A stretch of 64,000 nucleotides of DNA from Antedon mediterranea. Its lineage: Eukaryota > Animalia > Echinodermata. Positions 36,001-49,800 of the stretch are shown here, one piece after another. The notes beneath the pieces are model-generated. The model made no database searches, had not been told where the DNA came from, and worked only from the letters and a program-made list of their open reading frames with translations. A program made the translations under genes and the position numbers. The DNA lies in assembly GCF_964355755.1 (NCBI RefSeq), contig NC_092670.1:14246795-14310794 (forward strand), given 5' to 3'. The number at the start of each line of letters is the position of its first letter. The stretch's first letter is position 1.

Positions 36001-39000
36001 ACGATTCGTACAAAGGGATACCGCCAGACAAGTGCGAACCTAGCTATTGTTTAGTAGTAAGTTAGATCGCTGGCAATAATGAATGCATATAAAGTGCATA
36101 ATATCACTCTGACGTACTCTCACGGTCAATGGAACGTCGTGGTTTTCTAGGCGCTGAAGCTATATGAAGTGAACGCGAACGCTTTTTACTGTATATTATA
36201 TTCCCCGACAAAAAGTACATGTGTTCCCTTCGGTAACCGTCGGTAAACTTCGCCTGGAAAATAACTACATTACACATCTGGATGGAACTTGATATCACGC
36301 GTCTCAACCCAACGTTGAACGATTCGTACAAAGGGATACCGCCAGACAAGTGCGTACCTAGCTAATGTTTAGTAGTAAGTTAGATCGCTGGCAATAAATG
36401 AATGCATAAAAGTGCATAATAGCCCTCTGACGTACTCTCACGGTCAATGGAACGTCGTGGTTTTCTAGGCGCTGAAGCTATATGAAGTGAACGCGAACGT
36501 TTTTTACTGTATATTATATTCCCCGACAAAAAGTACCCGTGTTCCCCGACGGGGGGGCTAGGCTCCCCGACGAGGGGGCTAGAGCCCCCGTAGCCCCCCC
36601 GCTGGCGCCACCACTGCCCGTATCCAGGGGGGGTGCGTTGGGTGCAGACGCACCCCACCAAGTCCCAAAAGGTCCACTTTTTCCTCGGTTGGTATTTTTT
36701 CTTGTCTTGTTTAACTAAAGACAATATCATTATATATATACAAAATTTACATTATCAATGGTATACAAACAAAAATATGCTAATATAAAATGAAAAAATA
36801 CCGGTAATTAAATTACGGAATCTGAACTGACTACAAACTCGATGTAAAACATGCGCAGTCGATCATGTGACGACAAGTAATAGCTTAGCGCTTCATGTAC
36901 GCGGTAAAGTGTTTGCTGGAGAACGTCAGGGAACACGTGTACTTTTTGTCGGGGAATATAATATACAGTAAAAAGCGTTCGCGTTCACTTCGTAGCTAGC
37001 TTCAGCGCCTAGAAAACCGCGACGTTTCATTGACCGTGAGAGTACGTCAGAGTGATATTATGCACTTTATATGCATTCATTATTGCCAGCGATCTAACTT
37101 ACTACTAAACAATAGCTAGGTACGCACTTGTCTGGCGGTATCCCTCTTTGTACGAATCGTTCAACGTTGGGTCGAGACGCGTGATATCAAGTTTCATCCA
37201 GGGACCAAAATGTGTAATGTGTTATTTTCCAGGCGAAGTTTACCGACGGTTACGTCGTGTACTGCGTCGACGTACGCTACACTACAGCAAAAACGAATTA
37301 TGTTAATTGTTCGTTTGTTCACCAATTTTTTAATTTACAAGTAACCTTCTGTACCGTGGGGCACCTAAAATAAATTTTTCATCCATTACTAAACAAAAAA
37401 ACATGCCATTTTCGCTTAGCCAACATTATAGCTATAGTTATTACATTTTCAATATCCTGTATGTCATGAATTTCTCACCACTCGGAAGTCCAGATGGTAC
37501 GCATGCATACACCTGGGAGGAATAAACTTTTTTCCCCGACTGAAAAAGGTCTACGCTTGCGTTTTTTAAGCCTCTAGGCCTAATGTTTCCAAAGTATAAA
37601 ATGCAATTTTTTGAAGACCTGCAGCTCTAGTTTTAAACATTTTCTTAGCTCAGCCCCAACAATAAAGCTGGTCATATTTCGAAGAACAAGAAGTACATTT
37701 TCCGGGACCTAACATCTCTATTTTTCAAACATTTCTTAGCTCAGTCACAACCCATGATAGGGACTTATATATTTTTTTTCATGTTTTGAAGTATAATAAG
37801 TCCAATTTCCGGGACCTCCAACTCTATTTTTCAAAATTTTCTTTGAACTTTTATTTTTTAAATTGAAAAATATGGATTGAAACAGTCATCGCGCATCGTT
37901 TTTTTGCACGCAGTATTTTATTTATGCATTATAAAAAATGGAAAAAATGGCTACCCTAAATCTGATTAAAAAGACCTCAAATGACGCTAGAACGCGTTGT
38001 CGGGGGCCCTTGGCGGCCCCTGGCCCTCAGCCTAGTGATGCTCGCTTCGCTCGCATAGCCCCCTCGTCGGAGAATGTAGCCCCCGCGTCGGGAAGATCCT
38101 GGCGCCACCCCTGCTGAGTTGGCCTCATCATGAAAGCGTTAAGTTCTGGTGTCCATCGTTCAACTAGCCCAAGCCACAACAGAGAGTCTTACATCAGTCT
38201 TTAGAACGTCAAATAACGCAAATTTTTCCAGGGCCTTCGGCCCCTGGACCCTGACCGGGGGCCCTTGGCGGCCCCCTGGCCCCCAGCCATTGTTGCTCGC
38301 TTCGCTCGCACCCCCCCATTATAAATGCTGCATACGGGCCTGCTATGGTTTATTCAATGTATTTTTTTAAATAGATACCGGTGATCCCTACTACCCTGAT
38401 TGTCCAACTGAACCATTGGTGTTTAATACAAGTGACTCTGATATGGCTCTGGCAACGTGGAATGAACCAACGCCAACTGATGCATCTGCTGGTATGATAC
38501 CCGAGTCAATGCAGACTAAGCCAGCTGAGACATCACCGGCTAACTTTCCCATAGGAGAGACTAGTCTTACATACACTGCAACTGATGGCAGTGGTAACAC
38601 TGGAACTTGTATTATAACTATTATAGTAATTGGTAAGTAAATCGTTCGGGTAGTACTTAAAGGGGTAGCTCCAGCAATTTCTGTAGTGGCCTCCCATGTG
38701 TGTCAAGATAAACAATCAGAACTGGTAAATTGTTTAAAACAGACCAAGATTTATTACCCGGATTTTTTCAAAAACCCGGGTGAAATGGACTGATTCTGCT
38801 AAGGGAGAGAAATGCCTAATGTTCTATTTTTATACATTCTATCCGTTTAGATATTGGAGACCCTATTGTGACGGAGTATCCTGATGACACAACAATTGAT
38901 ACAGACTCTGGACAGCCAATAGCTTTATACAACTGGACAGCTCCAGTTGCTACAGATAATTCTGGTACACTAGTCATAGTCTTTTACGAAATCAACGGAG

Positions 39001-40816
39001 TGATCATTAGCAGTCCATCTTACGAATTTCCTATAGGACCCACCGTAGTAACAGTAAATGTGTCAGACCCATCTGGAAACAGCGTCGCAGACATGTTTAC
39101 AGTCACTGTTCAAGGTAATATACAAGATACATATTTGTATGCACAAGTAACTTTTTTTCCCCGATACTTACATTTCAATGTCAACTTACACGCGTGGGAA
39201 GTGATGAAATAGCTTTAATGAATTAAATGGGCTTTTCTAAATTTCGCTACTGTAGTTTTGTTTTTATAACCTCTTGATCCACATTTCTTTTATTGTTGTT
39301 TAGTAGTACAAGTGAAATAAGGTATTTAAGGGTAGATTACTGTCGAACAAAAACCATATGCCTACGGCATTTAGACTCCACCTAATTTAATTGAATACAT
39401 TGTTTGTGACTGCAATGATTATTGACAATAAAAGGTATGCGGATGAGAAATGTAACATCACAACAGGTTATAACCATGAATACTTGCATTGTCAAACTGT
39501 GCTATGTATATAAAGTTGTTTTACATCAATAGAAAGTGAAACTTTTGTGTAGGGGTACACCTCTATAAAACAAATAGAGAAAATATAAGCTTATTCTATT
39601 GAAAATCATCATTATTGTGTAAATATATAAATAATTGTTTAAAATAGTCTTATGCCTTTGATATCACTGTGTGTAAACTGGTGTACTTTTTCCCAAATGA
39701 AACTAATTTTCACCCTGAATTTATTGTGTGAATCCATACATATAGGCCTATTTACTGTATAACATGTTATTTAGCCTACTTTAGAAATTATTTCATTGTG
39801 AAATTTATTTGTCCAAAAAAAAACATCGCATATTTTTTAACTTAAATAATTTTAAAATGGGACAGTTGATCAACATCAGCTTATTACCATCAAGCAAGTA
39901 GGCCTATTATGGATATTCAATAAAAGTTGTCTATGTGGTGCTATGTCTTTCATGTCTGTATTAATAATAAAACATATTCTCTTTAGTATTACTGTCATAA
40001 TATTGAGGCTTGGTTTAAAATAAAGCATTCTTTTTTTGCAGATATGGAGGATCCCAATATCACATGCCCAACAAATTCTTCAAACTATTACTCTAGCATT
40101 TCTGCAGACATCTGGGTTGTACACACAGACAATGGTGAAAGCTTTGCTACTGTTACCTGGGATCTACCTTCAGTCAGTGATAACAGTGGAAACACTACTT
40201 TTTCTGAACCATCATACAGTTCTGGAAACATGTTTAACGTTGGAGTAAATTACACAATTGTTTACAATGTGTCAGATCCTAGTGGAAATGAGAATACTTG
40301 CTCATTTACAATTGTAGTAGAAGGTTAGTTTTGTTTTCCTTTTTTATTTTATTCATTTTGTCAGAGAAAATGTTGCATAACCAGGGAAGTAGTCTCATAA
40401 ATGTGTAAAGGCATCATACAACACTGTCTGAGTTGGCCTTAACAAAACTGCCATTAAAATTGCATTAAAAAAAAAAAGGACTTAGTACTGTTTTTTATAT
40501 TATGTTTTTTAATCCTGAATTATTTATAGACTCTTATGATCTGTTTATTTAGTAAGTTATAATAACTATTTATTTGAATAAAAAAGTTTTATGTTTAATT
40601 AAATTATTTAGTTGAAATATGTTATAAAAGAAAAAATTGACAACAAATTATTTATAGACTTTGTTTTTAAGAGAAAAGAAAAAGTAGATTTATATTTATT
40701 ACATTATGAAATTATTTATATTTTGTTCTTAAGAGAAATGTATATTGTGTATTACTATTAATAAGAAAGTGTTATTATTTTAAGCTATTTTTTAAATTTA
40801 AATATGAAAGTGTTCA

Positions 40817-40853
<37 letters not shown>

Positions 40854-43800
40854 GCCATTGGTGCATTCATAGTTGTTATACAGTAGAGCCTCTCCTTTGG
40901 GACAACCACTGAAGGAGAAACTTTCGTGTTAAACAAATCAGGAGCAATACTGTATAATGTATGCCAACCATAATTCAGAAGACATCCATATATATCCAAT
41001 AATAAATCCCTATTAAGGGGACAATACTGTTCGTACTGTGTACTCATTATTAAATCATGGCATTCATATTGAGACAGTGATGGACACACAGTCTGATCAT
41101 TGTTTCTATTTTGATATTGATAACGATTGATTGATATTGATTGGTTATTGATTCCTTTTTGTAATTAGATCATGAGGATCCAGATATCACATGCCCAATG
41201 CCGTTAACTGTCAGTACTGCAAACGATGCAAACAGTGGCACTGCAACATGGGTAATAGATGCAACCGATAACGTAGAAGTAGCGAGTCTTGAAGAGGACT
41301 CCAATGCTAATGGTTCATTTACACCTGGTCTGAACACAACTACAAGTTACTCAGAAACTGTGGAAATAGGACAATTGACTGTAAACTTCACAGCTACAGA
41401 TTCTTTTGGTAACCAAGCTAGTTGCAGTGTACTTATCACTGTCTTAGGTATGTTACATTAGTTTGGACTTTTTGAGTAATAGAGAGTGATATTTGGTACT
41501 TTTAGCTAACCAACCTATTCTATGCGGTAAAATCTTGAGTCAAAAAGCTCAGTACAAATCCTATTGCGGTGGTCTTTAAAGATGGTTGGTCGTAGTACAC
41601 TGCAATTTTGCGCCAACAAAATATCTGTATAATATTACTTAAAGGTATGCTGGCTGATAAAATATATCAAGATCAATTGGTAATAATAAATTAACTATTG
41701 TGTGAACCTTGACATGAAAAATTAGTGTAATATATTTCCAGAAATTATCGTTTTCAATTGAAAGGTTATGGTAAAATAATTTCATTTTTATTATTGGTAC
41801 AAGGACATTGCATAATGATGAAAGATGCTCAGTGCTTATATTTCTTTCATAATGCAGTGGAAGTTTATCATTAATTGTCTTCATGAAATGTTCATAATCT
41901 ATTTATTGAACTGCTGTTTTCTCTCATAGAACAATTTATTTATTTTGACAGCACTGGTAACATACATTTACAAATATTGTATCCCACAGATGAACAAGCT
42001 CCAGATATTATAGGTTGTCCAATGGATATAATTGTTAACACAACAACTGGTGAGGCATTTGCCATCAATGTTACATGGATGGAACCGACAGCTACTGATA
42101 ACTCTGAAGAGACTCCTGTACCAGTAGCAGACTACACTTCTGGTGATAATATGTTTGCAATTGGTGACACAACAGTCCAGTACAATATCTCTGATTCAGC
42201 TGGTAACTTTAATGATAGCTGCAGTTTTGTTATCACTGTTGAAGGTACTTAATTTGTTTTCTAATATCTGTAACAATTATACAAACATCTATAATTTGAA
42301 ATACGCCTTTCACATTGTCCAAAACCAGATTTTCAATATGGTAGAATTATGATTCAGTCATATCAGTCATGTTTTTTTTAATGATTTTTTTTATTTGCAT
42401 AAAATATTACAATAATCACATCTTTCACATACTTACACTTATTTGCAAAAAAAAAAAAAAATTGTTGGCTTTGCCAAAATGTTAGTTTTCCGGGAAATAT
42501 TTACACAGTCTATTATTTCGAAACAGAATATAGAAATCTTGTGTTGGGAGAGTTGATATTGTAAAGGTTTAAAACAAAACATATCTGAAAAAAATTTGTG
42601 GAATTTGTTGATATTTATTTATTGAAATAAAAGTTTTACTTTGAATGAACTTGGTCTCCTTTAAAATTGTTATAGTCAATTCTCCATACAGTATCTCAAC
42701 TTTTCCAGTGTCGTAGGCAAATTCTATGATACAGCATCACCTGTGTTTTGCATACGTGACCTAGTCTAACCCTTAACCTAACATTATTGTTATGTGCTGT
42801 ATTATTGAATTTTTCTTTGATACTGTCATAATGTCATAATATGGAGACACATCAATAATGCAATAGTGAAATAAATTAAATACATTTTGATTATTTATTT
42901 TTATATTAATTGTTATTTATTACATTGTTTTTTACTGAGAGGACTTGCTTCCTCAACACAACTTCTTTTTTGTTTTACTTTTAATATTGTAAGATGTTTT
43001 CATTTTGTTAATAGATAATGAAAAACCAATGATTGTCTGTCCAGCAAATGTCACAATGAATTACATCGGAGAAGCTTTTGGGTTGATAAGTGTCAGTACA
43101 GATTATGGACATCCAACTGCCACTGTCACCTGGGATCCACCTGTGACAAGTGACAATAGTAATGCAACAGTTACTGTAGTTTCATCACCATTTGAGTCAG
43201 GTGACCTGATACCAATTGGTACTCACACAATCACTTTTACAGCAACTGATCTTTCTGGAAATAATGACACATGTGATTTTTATATTAAAGTTGAAGGTAA
43301 AGTATGAATCTCTTATTCTGAATTTTTAAAATTAATACCAAATTATATTGCATCGGTCCTTTTAATACATAGTCGCTTCCCCACTGCTTTGAAAGTAGCA
43401 AAAGTAATACCTCTATTTAAGAAAGGTAATACAGATAAACCAGGTAATTATCGTCCAATTTCCATTTTGCCTTTATTATTAAAATTTTTGAAAGAATTAT
43501 CAATAACAGACTTATTATCTTCTTTGAAAAAATAATTTGTTCTTTAAACACCAGTACGGTTTTCGTGAAAAATATAGTACAACATTATTCCTAATTAATC
43601 TAATTAATAATTTTCTTTACCAAGTTGATAATAATAAGTCTTCACTAGGTATATTTATTGATTTTTCTAAAGCCTTCGATACAATTAATCACCAAATTTT
43701 GTTATCCAAATTATATTATTATGGTAGAGGGCAACCGTTACTTTTGTTTACTGATTATTTAAAAATAGATCCCAATTTGTTTTTTCGAACGGTCAAACCT

Positions 43801-46800
43801 CTGATCATTTATCAATTCAATGCGGTGTTCCGCAAGGCTCGGTTCTTGGACCCACTCTTTTTCTAATCCATATTAATGATTTACCAAATTCTTCCAGTTT
43901 TTTTGAATATCGTTTATTTGCTGACGACACTACCTTATATCACAATTTTGCAGGCAATAATATTGATTTGTCTATGGTAAATCATCATTTAAAAAAAATA
44001 TCAAACTGGTGTGACGCTAATAAATTAACTGTTAATTTAGTTAAAACTAATTATATTATTTTTTGTAACAGATATAAAACTATTAATAAATCAAACAATA
44101 TTTATTACAAACATGTTATTATTAAAGAAGTCAATGAAATTCAGTTTTTAGGTGTTAAATTAGATAAACACATCACATGGAAGAGCCATATAAACTTTAT
44201 AAAAAATAGGATAAAAAAGAAATCTGGAATTCTGTTTAGTTTACGCCATATTGTACCCCGTAATATTTTAGTTATGCTTTATAAATTATTTATTCAATCA
44301 AATATTACTTATGGTTTAGAAGTCTGGGGTAGCATGTATAAGTCGCATCTATATCCTATTTTACTTGTCCAAAAAATGTGTCTTATATGTATAACTTTCT
44401 CTGATTTTATGGCTCCATCTTCTCCATTATTTAAAGATCTGGGTATTTTAGACGTTTTTAAGTTGTTTGAATTAAGTATAGTTAAGTTTGTTCATGACCA
44501 AATTAACACCAAAACACCACATCAAACAATGGAACACTTTTATTTAATTACACATAATGCTAGTACCAGATTTAGTAATAAATAGATATAATTTTGCAAT
44601 TCCGAAAGCTCGCACAGATGCTGGTAAATTTAGAATTTCTTTTAATGGGGCTCAACTTTGGAATAATTCACCCTTAGTTATAAAATGTACCTCTTCTAGA
44701 TTTAAATTCATAAATGAAGTTAAATGTTTACTTTTACAAAAATATTAATGTTAGCCCTTGTTAACGTTATTTCTTTCATATAGTTGCTGTTTCTTTCTTA
44801 TTGAATTATTGTTGATAGATGAAAATGTATGCATTATGACTAATTTATTTTTTTGTGACAGGAGTCAAACCTTGATTAGCGAAAGCTATTTTTTGGCTCC
44901 TTTTCACACACACATACATATTGTATTGTATTGTACTATTTATGTATGATGATGTGAATAAAGTTGGTATTATTATTACAACTGCAAGCCCCTTAATTCT
45001 ATATACTATATAGTAACAGTGGCATCTGTATCCAAGTTGAAGTTTAAATTTAAAAAAATGCTCTTATGATTTTTAACTATCATAAAGACTAACTTGGTAT
45101 GAACACAAACAGTTGAGAATATTACTAGACACTGAAAACTGATTTAATATTTTTCTACCACTAAACAAACAGGTAGAGAATAAGCTTCCTGTTCAAATAC
45201 ATTTTGTATTCAAAAGTGTAGTCTAGGTTCCACACCGTAATATTAGTAAATATGTAAATATTTTGGCAAAAAATGTATTTCAAATCAAAACATAAAATAA
45301 AAATCATAATAAATACAGACTTGGGGCAAGTATAGCAAAAGTGCTATAGTGGTTATAGGCATAAAGTCATAGAAAAAAAAACGTTAACTATTTTAACTTA
45401 TGCAAAAAAAGAGGGCAGACAGTTAATATTGTAACTTAAATTCAAATTTAAATCATTATTATGTTTTTAATTACATTAGCCTTTGTATAAAATTGATCAA
45501 TCTATTTTTCCTAAACATAATTAAAGATTAAAAATAATAATAAATAAAGATTATGAATAAGTGCTATTCCTATTTTTTGTAAATAAATTTACTATCTTTA
45601 AATTGAATGGCAAATAAAGACTTAACTACATGATTTATTCAACTATTTTTATATTTTAGATGTGGAGCCACCTACTCCAAATTGTCCTTCCACTGTTGCT
45701 GGTGTGACTGATCCTGGAAGTCCCAATGGCACTGTCAGTTTCAACATTACTGTTGTGGATAATGTTCTGATTGCTATGTTTGCAACCAACTATACATTAA
45801 TCACTCCAAGTTCAATTGATATGGTGTATTATGACTTTGAGACTACTGCTGTATTTCCTATTGGAGAAACTATTGTTAATTACACATTCGTCGACAATGC
45901 TTCACCAACAGGCAATCAAGAATCTTGTTATGTTATGGTGGTAATTGAAGGTATGTTTTCTCTTGACAATAACTGCTAATTTAAAATTGTCTTACAGGTC
46001 AGTTTATGCACATTATGTTTACTACATTATAGTTATATTATAATGTAAAACAATATATAGATTGAATTAATTGATAGAAAAGTACTCAATGAAGATGATC
46101 AGAGCAGAATATAAATAAGCAGTCAAAGATGCTGCAACTATCGTCTTTGACTTTTATATAATAATATTATCAATCAATCAGTTATAACAATTAAGACTAA
46201 ATTCAGACACATGACTTTTATAAGTTTGTTGTTAATATAATCCTTGAAGTATAATCCCAAACCTAATTTTGCCTACGTTATTAACAATTATTATAACATT
46301 TCTTATGTCTAATGTTTATGTTTAAACTAATAAAAATATTATATTTACACTGAATAAACATTCAACTCAAATTTGCATCATTTGATTAAAAAGTCAACTA
46401 TCCGTTTTCCTTTTAAATATTTATAAGTTTCTTCATTACATCTTTAGATGATGAAGCACCAGATATTATAGATTGTCCAATGAATATGATTGTTAATACA
46501 ACAACTGGTGAGGCATTTGCCACCAATGTTACATGGATGGAACCGACAGCTACTGATAACTCTGGAGAGACTCCTGTACCAGTATCAGACTACACTTCTG
46601 GTGATAATATGTTTGCAATTGGTGACACAACAGTCCAGTACAATGTCTCAGATTCAGCTGGTAACTTTAATGATAGCTGCAATTTCGTTATCACTGTTGA
46701 AGGTAAGACATCTATACCTCTGGTGGAAATTTAAATTGAGCTACAGTAATATGGTTATAACAAATGTAATTTATTTATTTATGTTATTTATGTTGTGAAT

Positions 46801-49800
46801 AGATAATGAAAGTCCAATGATTGACTGCCCAACAAATGTCACTTCAAACAATTACATCGGAGAAGGGTATGGACTAGTAAATGTCAGCACAGATATAGGA
46901 AGTCCAAATGCCACAGTCACGTGGGATCCTCCTGTGACAAGTGACAATAATGGTGGACTTGTGACTGTAATGTCTTCATATTTCGAGTCTGGTGACATGA
47001 TACCATATGGTACTCACACAATCACTTTTACAGCAACTGATCCTTATGGTAATATTGACACCTGTGTCTTTGGCCTCAATGTTGAAGGTAAAATAAAAAC
47101 CTCTTTTTAAATGTTGATAATTTAGAAAATACAGGAATTAAAATTTTATTCAACAGCGTTATGAGTATATTATAATATTTATCCTCAGCACGTAGAAAAG
47201 AAAATAATAATAATTATATTACAAAAGTTAAGTACAAGTAATTACTAATTGATGATTAATTCATTGGTCTTTATACTAAAATTACATAATTTTCATCAAT
47301 ATTTTTTTCACCAATATTTCAGAGCACTATAATAGTAATAAGTACTGTTAATTATTTTATCGATATTCTTTGCTTAATAGTAATTATGGTTTTTAACAGC
47401 TTGTTTATTATTTGTTTATATGTTAAGTTTGAGAAAAATAATATACTGTACTGTAAGAGTTAACATTTTTTTTCGTAACTATGAATCGACTCTTATGTGG
47501 AAATAAGGAAATTAATTGTTCCATTCTACCATTAAAAAGGTGTAATATGATTTTAGCATTAGTCATTATTGTTTCTTCCATTTGTATTATTAGATAATGA
47601 GGATCCAGTCTTGGTTTGTCCGCCTAATATTACAACTACTACAGCAGAGAGTTCAGATCAAGCAGTCAATGTCAACTGGACTGATCCAATAGTAATTGAC
47701 AATTCTGATGAAGATATAACACCAACGTCCAAGTACAATCCTGGAAATAATGAATTTGATATTGGTAGAACTGATGTTATATATGATGCATTTGATAGTT
47801 CAGGCAATGCAGGAACATGTACTTTTACAGTAACTGTTACTGGTAAGCATAGATGGCTTTCATTCTTTCCTCTGGAGTATTTAACTTAATTAATATAGAA
47901 ATGTTTGCATAAATGCATTTTTACCCTGATCTTCTTTTCTGAGTATTATTAATATTATTTGTTGTAAGTTATACTTTCCTCATGTTTCAGATCCAGAAGC
48001 TCCAGATATTATAGATTGTCCAATGGATATAATTGTTAATACAACAACTGGTGAGGCATTTGCCATCAATGTCACATGGGTTGAACCAACAGCTACTGAT
48101 AACTCTGAAGAGGCTCCTGTACCAGTAGCAGACTACACTTCTGATGATAATATGTTTCCAATTGGTGATACAACAGTCCAGTACAATGTCTCAGATTCAG
48201 CTGGTAACTTTAATGATAGCTGCAGTTTCGTTATCACTGTTGAAGGTAAGACAACTGTACCTCTGGTGGAAATTAAAATTGAACTACAGTAATATGGTTA
48301 TATCATATGTAATTTATTTATTCCTGTTATTTATGTTGTGAATAGATAATGAAAGTCCAATGATTGACTGTCCAACAAATGTCACTTCAAACAATTACAT
48401 CGGAGAAGGGTATGGACTAGTAAATGTCAGCACAGATATAGGAAGTCCAAATGCCACAGTCACGTGGGATCCTCCTGAGACAAGTGACAATAGTGGTGGA
48501 CTTGTGACTGTAATGTCTTCATATTTCGAGTCTGGTGACATGATACCATATGGTACTCACACAATCACTTTTACAGCAACTGATCCTTATGGTAATATTG
48601 ACACCTGTGACTTTGGCCTCAATGTTGAAGGTAAAATATAAACCTCCTTGAAATTTTGATAATTTACAAAATACAGGAATTATAATTTTTATAAACAACA
48701 TTATGAACATATAAGATTTACCTTCAACACACAACACAAACGAGAATATATTTTATATTGCATATGTAAATCTAAGTAATTACTGTTTGATGATTAATTC
48801 CTTGGCCTTTATACACAAATTACATCTTTACTGATGAACCCATAGTCATTTTCATCAATAATTGTTCACCAATTTTTAAGCGCACTATAATTGTAATAAG
48901 TACCATTATTATTACTTTGCATATATGTAACAGCTTTTTTATTATCTGTTTATATGGTAAGTTTGAGAAAATTAATTTATATACTGTACCAAAATGTTAT
49001 TTTGCAACCAGGAATCGACTCTTAGGTGAGAAGATAGGAATCATTTTGTTCCATTCTACCATTAAAAAGGTGTAATATGATTATAGCATTAGTCATTCTT
49101 GTTTCTTCCTTTTGTATTATTAGATAATGAGGATCCAGTCTTGGTTTGTCCGCCTAATATTACAACTACTACAGCAGAGGGTTCAGATCAAGCAGTCAAT
49201 GTCAACTGGACTGATCCAATAGTAATTGACAATTCTAATGAAGATATAACACCAACGTCCAAGTACAATCCTGGAAATAATGAATTTGATATTGGTAGAA
49301 CTGATGTTATATATGATGCATTTGATAGTTCAGGCAATGCAGGAACATGTACTTTTACAGTAACTGTTACTGGTAAGCATAGTTGGCTTTCATTCTTTCC
49401 TCTGGAGTATTTAACTTAATTAATATAGAAATGTTTGCATAAATGCATTTTTACCCTGATCTTCTTTTCTGAGTATTATTAATATTATTTGTTGTAAGTT
49501 ATACTTTCCTCATGTTTTAGATCTAGAGGCTCCAGATATTATAGATTGTCCAATGGATATTATTGTTAATACAACAACTGGGGAGGCATTTGCCATCAAT
49601 GTTACATGGATGGAACCGACAGCTACTGATAACTCTGAAGAGGCTCCTGTACCAGTAGCAGACTACACTTCTGATGATAATATGTTTCCAATTGGTGATA
49701 CAACAGTCCAGTACAATGTCTCAGATTCAGCTGGTAACTTTAATGATAGCTGCAGTTTCGTTATCACTGTTGAAGGTAAGACAACTGTACCTCTGGTGGA

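Larger units (their letters stand above)
35003..38342. mobile_element. Outer TIR element hosting two hAT copies
   Basis: Left TIR CAGGCCCGTATC[insert]CAGGGG and right TIR CTGCATACGGGCCTG; CTATG on both flanks. Confidence 0.7.
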
